Shown here: in pieces, positions 52,013-64,000 of the stretch
How positions within the stretch are numbered: position 1 is the first letter of the stretch
How the letters are laid out: every line of letters starts with the position of its first letter
Source of the DNA: Eledone cirrhosa
Lineage: Eukaryota
Reading direction: 5' to 3'
Assembly: GCA_964016885.1 (NCBI GenBank)
Contig: OZ024740.1
Coordinates: forward strand, 175,956,001 to 176,020,000
DNA: 64,000 bases
Position numbers and translations under genes: made by a program
Notes under the pieces: model-generated
Told to the model about the DNA's origin: nothing
Database searches by the model: none
The model's input: only the letters and a program-made list of their open reading frames with translations

Positions 52013-52523
52013 ACTCACATAGAGCTTTGTGCAAAAGTTGATTCGCTGATTTATGTTTGCCGTATAATTCTCACCTTCCCCTTCCTTCGTTTTAACTTAT
52101 TCAGCTCACGAATGGACTGACACACGGAGGGACATGATTAGATTTATATTTATATAGATAAAGATATAGATATACAAATATACGTTGTCTCTGTGTGTCC
52201 GCCATGTCGTCAGCAATTAGACAATAAACGCCTACGAAATTATATGTATTTTTTTGCCGGGTCACCAGACAGCAAATGGTCACATTTATTTCATGCGTCC
52301 AGTTGATGTTTGATAGATTTATTAAAATTCTATTGTTTGCCTCCATATTCATATTAAACAATCTGATCATTATTTTTTCTTATGATGAAAAAAAAAAAGT
52401 GAAAAATAAGCAAATCAACAGATGCGTTTAGAAAAAAAAGACACAAACACTAGACTGATACGAGCATATTGAATACATACAGAAATGGGGAAGATGACCA
52501 GCGTATTATTACGCTCTCACCCC

Positions 52524-52577
<54 letters not shown>

Positions 52578-52700
52578 ATATATATATGTATGTACACACC
52601 ACACACAAACACACACACACACATCTACATATATATATATATATAAATTATATACATATATATGTACATATATATACATATATATATATATATACAAATA

Positions 52701-52814
<114 letters not shown>

Positions 52815-53328
52815 TATATATATATATATATATATATAAACACATACATACACATTAAATGAAGTAAATTTCACGTACTTTCTGAAAGTCACTAACAATC
52901 ACCGAAATTAATTTCATTTAGCTATATACACATACAATCAAAAAAGCAAATGAACAATAACAATTAAAATGAGTGAGATCTCTAACTGGTTTCTGTCATT
53001 CGTTTGGTCTGTAGACCTACTGGAGCAATCTGTTTGAATCTATTACTTGTTATATCGATTTGTATCATACGATGAAAGAGATGATATTAAAGAGAGATGA
53101 GAGATAGAGAAAAAGTGAGAATGAGAATGAGAGGGCAGAAGAGAGAGAGAGAGAGAGGGGGAGGGGATATGAAGGAAAGAGGATCAGAGAGTGCATGGAG
53201 TTGAGAGTGTGCGAGACATGATGCCTAATAGACTACGAGAGAGAAAACCTGAGAGAAAGTGTAATAATTGAGATAGAAAAAAAAGAGAAAGAGAAAGAGA
53301 GAGAGAAAGAGTGAGAGATAGAAAGTGA

Positions 53329-53429
<101 letters not shown>

Positions 53430-54109
53430 AGGTTAGGGAAAGAGAAGTAGATTTTATTAGAATTTGAACTTGGCGTATCATTCGCAAAACCGGTTATCCC
53501 TTATTCAATATATATCTACTGCTAATTACATATAAATTTAAAGCTAACTGAATGCGACATTTATATTAGGATTAGATATTCCGGGATACCCTTAAGATGA
53601 CAGAATGGTTCTAGATGAAACGTCTTTGATTAGACTTCTCCTCGATTAAGTTAGGCCTAACGCTAAACAACGTAAAGGCGCGTGTCCTAATAGTTAGAGT
53701 ATTGAACTCACGATTATAAGGTGCTAGGTTCAATTCCTGGATTGAGCGATGTGTTATGTACTGGAGCAAAATATTTTATTTTACGTTGTTTTACTTCTGC
53801 CAGGTGTTGCGACCAGCTGATAGTATTAGCAATGGCAGCAGGGGTTTAGTTGTGGGTGTAGGAGCATTATTAGTTTGATCTATTTGTTAATTTACAAATT
53901 TACAAAAATCGTTAACGTGCAGTATTTAATTACGGATTTTTTACGTTTGAAGTTAATATCTAACCGAGGTCAGTTGTACTTTTCATTCGTCTGGGGTCGA
54001 TAAAATAAAATACTAGTCAAGTATCGATATCAGTTTAATCGATCTTCCTCTCCCCCAAATTGCTGTGCTAAATTAGAAATCCTTATCAGGTCGATATGGC
54101 GGAGGGGCT

Positions 54110-54290
54110 ATATCAAAAACCTTCGTATGCCCTTCAATGGCAGCCAGATTGATACCATTAACATTTCGCTTAAACTGTTGCAAATCGCCGACTGCAAAAA
54201 AGACATGGAAAGAACACCAGTGGGCCAACAGTCTTGGAAGAAAGGACTGGGGATAGTACTTAATATAAGGCTTGTTAGTGTTCGACACAT
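54110..54290 (-). pseudogene. CR1-like LINE ORF2 C-terminal fragment
   Basis: YYPQSFLPR..HW..VF..DLQQFKRNVN.I resembles the CR1 'SF.PR..R.WN.LP..F.....FK' ending. Confidence 0.55.
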
Positions 54291-54651
54291 TATGGTTGAT
54301 GACAGGAGGAGATACAAGTGTATCGAGGTGAGTTCAGTAGCGATAGAAACTTCAATTCCGCGAGAGATAACAAAATAAATATCAGTCCTCTATTCGGGTT
54401 GATTACAGCAATTATATACTACTTTCCTAAACATTTGTGGCCATAGAAAATGTTAACATGGGCCTAAGATGACGTGGTATATAGTTTCATGCATTTAGGT
54501 TTTGAGTTCAAATCCAGGTGTGATCAGCTTTGTCTTTCATCCTAATGAGATCGATAAAATAAAGTACCAGTTACATACTAATTCGATATAATTGAATTCC
54601 ACACACCCATAAGTCTACTTGCAGTATGGCTTAATTAGAAATCATTATTAA

Positions 54652-54838
54652 AGTGAATTGGCAGTATCGGTAGAGGGTCGGATACCATGCTTTCTAGCAT
54701 AGTTACGTCCCTTTACGGCCTGAGTTCAAATCCCGTCGAGGTTAACTTTACCTTTCATCCTTACGGGGTCGATAAAATAAAGCACCAGTAATGCACTGGG
54801 TAATTGCTGGCCTTGTGCCAAAAGTAGAAACAATTATT
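54652..54838 (+). mobile_element. SINE family B (older copies at ~53960-54075 and 54500-54650)
   Basis: A/B boxes, core, and gaaacaattatt tail. Confidence 0.85.
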
Positions 54839-56401
54839 AAAAGAGCATGGATGGGAGAAATGGGGCTTGCTGATAAAAATATCTCCTAGTATTAGGTACA
54901 GCTCTTTACGTTAAGAATTCAAATCATATTGGTATAAAATTTGGTTCGTATATAAAATAAATATATATTAAGTATAATTACTGATGACAATCGCTAGTAA
55001 TCGATAGTTAGTCACGGTTCATTCTGTCGACATTTCTTTGAAGATGTAGGAATATATATTCATTCATAGCTGCTTGTAAGATTTTATTTTAAGCGTTGCT
55101 ATACTATACTTCACAAGTAGCAAAGAGAAGAGGCATTCGGTCCACGAGCGAAGCCATAGACAAATTCATCAGGTAGCTTTGGTTAAAAAGAACTGATGGG
55201 TGGGTACTTGCTACGAGGACGCAGATCAGGGCTTGATTAACCCTGGCTGTGTTGCATAGGCAAGGATGTATAATGCTGAAAATCTCGAAACCCCTAATGA
55301 CTCCAGGTCACGTCACTGACGATGCGTCTCAGCTCATCTACGTGGTTGTATCATGCTAATAACAGGCCAGTAAGTACGGGTAAAGAAGGACGTATGTTGT
55401 GGTGCATGCAGAGACTGACAGTAATATGCTGTGAGATTCCAATTAAATACTCATTTGCCATGCTGGCAGGTGGAATGGTTTCTTTTAAAGTATTCTTTAA
55501 TCTTTCGCTCCAATATGAGCCTTTGCAGTATAATTATGCAAGGCAGAGGGGGTTCAATTTCTTGGTGATGCTACATACACGTATAGTATACTAGTAAATT
55601 ACCAGAGCCTGTTTAATCGACTAATAATATTTTACATTTCTAACCTTGTGCTAGAATTTCAAATCATAACCATCACTATCATCATCGTCATTGACATAAT
55701 TATTGTCATCGACATCACCACCACCATCATCATCATTATCATCATCATTATTATTATCATCATCATCGTTATCACCACCATTATCATCGACATCATCATC
55801 ATTATATTATCAGTTTTCTAATGATTTACTTATACTGAAGCAGACAAAATGGCGACCTCAAGAATACACAAAGTTTAGTGTTTACGAAAATCAAAGTGAA
55901 GACTAAAACTTAGTACACAAAGTAATTCCATTCTGTATATAGACCATTGTGTATTTAACATATTCAATCAATGGTAGAAGTTTCATTATTACAGAGAAAC
56001 AAAGACGATAATTACAATACAGTTTCAAAATCAATGGTATCAATTCGCGCCATCGTCTTTATGGGTTATCACTTATAATAAGTATTATAGTATTGCTGGA
56101 GTTTTAGGCGAAAGGAGATATATATGTAGAGATAGGTAGCTAGATATTTGTTATGTATATATATATATAAGAGAGAGAGAGAGAGAGAGAGTGAGTGAGT
56201 GAGATTTTAACACCTATATATATATATGTGTGTCTATACGCACACATACAATCGAAACACATATCTATGGAGTGTTATAATCAGCAAGCGATGAGAGTAC
56301 GCTATATTATTCGAATAGCTTTATAGTTATATATAACGACGTATTTATGCATGTATGTATGGATAAAAGTATGTACGTATCCGTCTACATACATACATAC
56401 A

Positions 56402-56489
<88 letters not shown>

Positions 56490-57231
56490 TATATATACAC
56501 ACACAAATATATATATATATTGGTGAAGGCGCGTGGCTGAGTGGTATATAGTTATATATAACGATGTATTTATACATGTATATATAGATAAAAGTATGTA
56601 CGTTTTCGTCTATATATATATGCATATATATATATATATGTGTGTGTGTGTACGCGCGCGCGTGTGTGTGTGTTTGTGTGTCTGTGTGTATTGTTGAAGG
56701 CACGTGGCTGAGTGGTTAGATAATTGTATGAGCTTGTATGAGCTTGTTAGTTCGATTCCCGGACCGGGCGATGCGTTATGACCTTCATCAAGACACTTTA
56801 TTTCACGTTCCTCCTTCTGCCTGGATTTGCGCCCGGTAGTTTATATATATGAAATATGGTCGTCCCAATGTAAATAATTGAGAAAATCTGATAAGGTGCC
56901 CTTGCAGCTGACTCCACATGAAAAATAATAAATGGACATTTACAGACCACTCTTACCATATACCCTACGTACAACCAGTTCTATGATGATTATCTGCATT
57001 ATTCATCATATCGGCAATTATTTCAAGATATATCATTTTAAGAGATATCATTTTAAGAGATATCTGTAAGTATTTCTGCGAGAGGATGAATATTTTTCAC
57101 TTTTGTTTTGGTGCCTCTAATTTTCGTATCTTAGCTGATTACTTGTTGATAAGTCTGCACAAAAAATCATGTGGCCAATTATCGAAGAAAAAAATTCTGG
57201 AGTTCTTTTTCCTCATACTTTTTTTGGAAGA

Positions 57232-57709
57232 GGCTATGTAACCGGTCCCGGTAAAATAGACTCCCAGCCTATTTAGCCGGTAAGTGTGTCAGACACCATG
57301 AGATGCGGCCCGAATTAAGACAATTGTTAAGACAATTTGGAATTTTTTCCACCATCAATTGTTAAAAAACAAGTTAAAATCATTTAGTTATTATCTAATA
57401 ATTCTGCTTGTGTTTCGTCCATTCGTAACGGACGTTACGCTCTAGTTACATACACATCTACTGAGTTCCATGGCTTAAGAAATTTAGCAGAGTCAAATAT
57501 TTTCGAAATTGAAAAGTTTAGCAGAAAGTAAAATATTTAAGTCACGATTTGGGTTAAAGATAGTAGTCACTACATTAGTTCTAAAATGTTATTTATTATT
57601 TAGTGGTAAAATAACCTTCCGAGATCCCGGCTAGATTTGCGACCCTTTAGGGTTTACCGGTAAAATAAAAAGCATGTTTGTCTATTTTGCTGGGACTGGC
57701 TACTTAGCC
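57232..57709. mobile_element. Non-autonomous DNA transposon with ~30-bp TIRs (superfamily uncertain)
   Basis: ggctatgtaaccggtcccggtaaaatagac versus reverse complement ggctaagtagccagtcccagcaaaatagac. Confidence 0.6.
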
Positions 57710-58250
57710 ACCTATTCCTAGTTTTTTTTTATTATCAGGAATATGTTTTCCTGTTACCTCCTCCTTTTGGGTGCTCACGGTAAGTCTGCCTCCGTGTATC
57801 AACCTGAAATAAAAACATTCTTTCTAATCCGATCGGTCCAACGTTTAGATAGCTGCGACTTCAGTGGTTGGCGTCTTTAAGTCAAATGTGTCCATCAGAA
57901 TACTAGAGTCTAGTGCGCGTTCTTTAGCGATATGTATAGAGCGTTGTGTTGAGCGTAGTTGATTAACATGTTTCTACATTACTGAAGTGTAGATGACTTG
58001 TCAGATCCTTTTACAGACGATTCCAACAATACAATGTCTGTGACCAATTCGATACTCTCTAACAAGTACTCGACTACTAGAATAAAACACCGGATATGTG
58101 AATGTGAACCTTGTCTTTTACCTGTGCCATTGTATTATTGTGTATATATGTAAAAAATAGTTTTTCAAAGAATCCCTGTTCTTTAACATCCCTAGACTTT
58201 TACCCATTCCCCAAATCACCACCTTTCCCAATATGTACACACACACACAT

Positions 58251-58408
<158 letters not shown>

Positions 58409-58657
58409 TTTTTTTTTTGCATGTAGGGATATATACTTTATTATTATTAATCTCCCCCTGGTCGAGATGAAATCTGGTCATTTTGACTACTGCTATTTAT
58501 AGTGGTAGTAGACTGACCTCCCTGCCTCTGCTTCTATCTTTACACACGGACTGGACAGAATTGCTTCCACATCATTCATTCTCATCTCGGGAACAATTTT
58601 GAATAGCGCCAGTTCGTAATTTGAACTCGGGAATGTTATATTCTCCGAGTAAAAAGA

Positions 58658-58744
58658 ACCTTCTGATGAGAGTTTATCTTTTCAATGGAAGCCCGCAAGG
58701 ACTTTCCATTTATTTTTGAGACTCGAAACCGATTCGGTAAAGGT
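58658..58744 (+). ncRNA. Intact type I HHR, enlarged stem II, GUA site (after 58739)
   Basis: acctt-CTGATGA-gagttt..aatggaa.gccc-GCAA-ggac.tttccatt..gagactc-GAAAC-cg-att-cg-GTA-aaggt. Confidence 0.9.
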
Positions 58745-59143
58745 AACCATAGTAAGTACAGTGAATTTTTTGAAATTTATTTTGAAACTTTTTCTTATTT
58801 GCTAAACCTTGATTATATATGTTCTGGCTCGTTAATTTATTAACCTGCCATTGAACCACATTGGCATATGGTTGGATAATACATGTGTTCCTATTCGTTT
58901 TTTGCGTGTAGGGATATATACTTTATTATTATTAATCTCCCCCTGGTCGAGATGAAATCTGGTCATTTTGACTACTGCTATTTATAGTGGTAATAGACTG
59001 ACATCCCTGCCTCTGCTTCTATCTTTACACACGGCACTTGACAGAATTGCTTCCACATCATTCATTCTCATCTCGGGAACAATTTTGAATAGCGCCAGTT
59101 CGTAATTTGAACTCGGGAATTTTATATTCTCCGAGTGAAAAGA

Positions 59144-59230
59144 ACCTTCTGACGAGAGTTTATCTTTTCAATGGAAGCCCGCAAGGACTTTCCATTTATT
59201 TTTGAGACTCGAAACCGATTCGGTAAAGGT
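59144..59230 (+). ncRNA. Second intact HHR (core CTGACGA), GUA site (after 59225)
   Basis: Same as 58658-58744 except at the variable N7 position. Confidence 0.9.
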
Positions 59231-59303
59231 AACCATAGTAAGTACAGTGAATTTTTTGAAATTTATTTTGAAACTTTTTCTTATTTGCTGAACCTTGATT
59301 ATA

Positions 59304-59443
<140 letters not shown>

Positions 59444-59536
59444 TATATATAACAACTAGTTATCGCTGTAGTAGTTACTGTATATTTCAGAAAATATATA
59501 TTTTCACTAGCTCTGACAGTTGGCAGGTAAGCAGTA

Positions 59537-59585
59537 AACTGTATTGATGAAGGGTAGTCACCCAGAAACATTAAAGTCTGCAGTT
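59537..59585 (+). ncRNA. Type I HHR relic (C3->U)
   Basis: aactgta-TTGATGA-a-gggt-agtc-accc-a-GAAAC-attaaa-GTC-tgcagtt. Confidence 0.7.
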
Positions 59586-59852
59586 CTGTTTGCATGTCAA
59601 CACAAGAGCGAGAATGACATTGGTTTATAAAATAAGCTGTTCCCATAATTGCAAACCAATCGAATATTATTATTAATATTTGAAAACCTCAGATTACATT
59701 TATTATATATATATATGTGTGTGTGAGTGTGTGTGTGTGTGTGTGGGTGTGGGTGTGTATGACCAAATATTAATATGGTTCATTGATTACTCAATGAATA
59801 TAGTTTTACAATAGATTAAAAGCACGGAAAGTCTTCATTTATTAATATTTTG

Positions 59853-59912
<60 letters not shown>

Positions 59913-60257
59913 AAAAATTCATACATATATATATACAAATGAATATATGATAGGGATAAACACTGATACAAGTATACATGTGTTCGCATTGCAAATGACC
60001 AAGTTAGCTAGATTGAAAAATACTAATTAAAATAATACGGTTTGCCTGTCTCGATTTAAAATAATAAATCAATAAAAACAAACCTATATTGGCAATAGCC
60101 AATATATATATATATATGAAAAAATGTAGGACCCCGACAACTGAGCGCCGGCCGATTCTACAGCTAGATACGAATTCTTTTCATATTACCCACTCTACAA
60201 CCCCAAGTATCAAGTACGCTGGTGGGTTATTGTCCACCTGGTATTTTACCACGCCCT

Positions 60258-60293
<36 letters not shown>

Positions 60294-60322
60294 AAAGAAT
60301 AGAGGTGTAACACACAAGATAT

Positions 60323-61745
<1,423 letters not shown>

Positions 61746-61760
61746 GTATATATCTATCTA

Positions 61761-61825
<65 letters not shown>

Positions 61826-61857
61826 ATATATATATATATATATATATAGATATATAG

Positions 61858-61891
<34 letters not shown>

Positions 61892-61975
61892 ATGTATATA
61901 TATTGTGTGCGCTTGTTATATACGTATTTATTTATTTATATACGTTTATTTAATTATATGTATACACGCACACAT

Positions 61976-62038
<63 letters not shown>

Positions 62039-62492
62039 ATATATATTTTTATGTGTATTTAGTGTATACATTCGTATGCGTGCGGGTACAGGCGTTGCGT
62101 GGGTTCTGTATGTGCGTGCGTTTTTTTTTTTTTTTTTTTTTGTGTACGTGCGTATATTTGTATACCTATGGCGAGTGTTTTCGCGTATGCTTGTGTATGT
62201 ACGTATATGGTTGCGTGTATGTATTTATTTACTTTATTCTTAACCCTGAAGCCGAGAATCTTTCGGTTCCCTAGTTAGAATTTTAGTCTACGACTTCAGT
62301 TATACCATTTACGTGGTTTTGGCTTTGCGTGCAATTGTTCTCTACGCTCCACATATGACGTATTATCTTCGTTTTTTACGTTCATTGCCAGAGAACGTCT
62401 CTATGAACCACCTAGTAGAATATTAGTCTACGACTTCTTTTATACCATAAACGTGGTTTTGTCTTTGCGTGTTTTTCACCGCTCCAAATAAT

Positions 62493-62669
62493 TGTTTCTA
62501 CTTTTGGCACAAGGCCAGCAATTACCAGTGCATTACAGGTACTTTATTTCATCGACCCCGTGAGGCAAAGTTAACCTCGGCGGGATTTGAACTCAGAATG
62601 GCAAGGGACGTAACTCTATGCGTCAAAGCATGACGTCCGACCCTCTACCGATACTGCCAATCCACCGCC
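62493..62669 (-). mobile_element. SINE family B with 30-bp TSD, inserted in a ~140-bp tandem duplication (62270-62750)
   Basis: ctttgcgtgtttttca(c/t)cgct(c/g)caaataat at 62463-62492 and 62670-62699. Confidence 0.9.
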
Positions 62670-62903
62670 CTTTGCGTGTTTTTCATCGCTGCAAATAATG
62701 ACGAATTATATTCATTTTTTCCCGTTCTTTGCCAGGGAACGTTTCCACAAATCAAAGTATCGTCTTCCTGTCTTCCTCCGGTTGCAATGTTTTTTGAAAT
62801 ATTCAATACCGCGTTTACAGATTGACTTTGTTAGTTTCAGAAGATCCCGTTAAGGGTGAAAGCAGCGATTCTTTGCTTAAACTTTAATCTGTTATTTTAA
62901 TAA

Positions 62904-63033
<130 letters not shown>

Positions 63034-63034
63034 T

Positions 63035-63118
<84 letters not shown>

Positions 63119-63133
63119 CATATATATATATAC

Positions 63134-63190
<57 letters not shown>

Positions 63191-63213
63191 CATATATATA
63201 TACATATATATAC

Positions 63214-63246
<33 letters not shown>

Positions 63247-63541
63247 CATACACTTGAAAGAAAAATTTAAGTCTGTATGTGAATTAAGTGCAAACACAAA
63301 ACCAACCATGCATATCTTTACTATCTCTAATCCTTCTATAGATTTAGAAAAATAACCAATACAACCAACGCCAAATAATGAATATTCTATAAAAATGTCA
63401 AACTCAACTAACAAAATAACAGATGAGAATCTAATTACCCACTCTTATAAAAAATTTCTATCCACTCCCTTAACTATTCTTCTAACAACTTCACTCCTCC
63501 CTCTTAATATTCTCTATAAAAACCAAACAAGTTCTCAATGA

Positions 63542-63605
63542 TATTATTCTGATGAAATGGTAGTTGAAAATAACATTGAAATATTGAGTGTCTGTATAAT
63601 TAATA
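63542..63605 (+). ncRNA. Type I HHR with longer stem III, AUA site; a second decayed HHR follows (63606-63665)
   Basis: tattatt-CTGATGA-aatg..catt-GAAA-tat.tga-gtg-tct.gt-ATA-attaata; then tagcag...ctgcta-tt-GAAAC-acgt-GTC-aataaa. Confidence 0.7.
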
Positions 63606-64000
63606 CTTTGTAGATAGCAGCTGTTTTCAGATTATATAACTGCTATTGAAACACGTGTCAATAAATTCCTTTTACTGAACTGTATCCATTTAAATCCTTC
63701 TATATATACATATATATATATTTATATATAACAATTAATTCCGTCTGTTCACCGCCCTAGACACATATTTATCGTCCCCGGAAGGAAAGGATGGTTCATA
63801 TAAAATTGACCATGGTGGCATTTGATCTCAGTAAGCTAGGTACCGGACTAAATACTGTAAGGCATATATAATATCAGACGCTCTAAAACGTCTGGCAATT
63901 CGCTACATTTATCGAGTTCATATTGAATTAATGATGTACACATTTTTGTGAATCGATTTCAATCGTGGGATCTTTGTGCGAAAAACTACAATCTCGAATT

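Overview
This is AT-rich, microsatellite-saturated animal genomic DNA. The SINE families and repeat landscape suggest an octopus/coleoid cephalopod, which is an inference from recall and not a database result. I found no convincing host protein-coding gene; almost all ORF-track entries are translations of (TA)n/(CA)n tracts. The window is a patchwork of transposable elements: a near full-length Neptune-type Penelope-like element (PLE) plus a 3' copy, two Naiad-type PLE GIY-YIG relics, a near-intact Tx1 LINE, a decayed R4/Dong RLE-LINE, RTE fragments (one with a twin-priming inversion, two with C2H2 fingers), a Chapaev3 deletion derivative, a mariner derivative, several Helitrons, MITEs and many tRNA-derived SINEs. 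The main unexplained pattern is that many short 'unique' islands inside (TA)n tracts carry type I hammerhead ribozyme (HHR) motifs, about 25 intact or decayed by eye, often in inverted or tandem arrangements. The best candidates for a new system are two elements. (1) A ~650-700 bp non-coding palindromic double-HHR element present twice (3.3-4.0 kb and 60.9-61.6 kb); its arms are homogenised within each copy outside the cleavage site but keep an arm-specific cleavage-triplet difference shared by both copies. (2) A 486-bp tandem retrozyme-like repeat with an enlarged stem II HHR (58.4-59.3 kb). All coordinates and pairings were read manually and may be off by a few bases.
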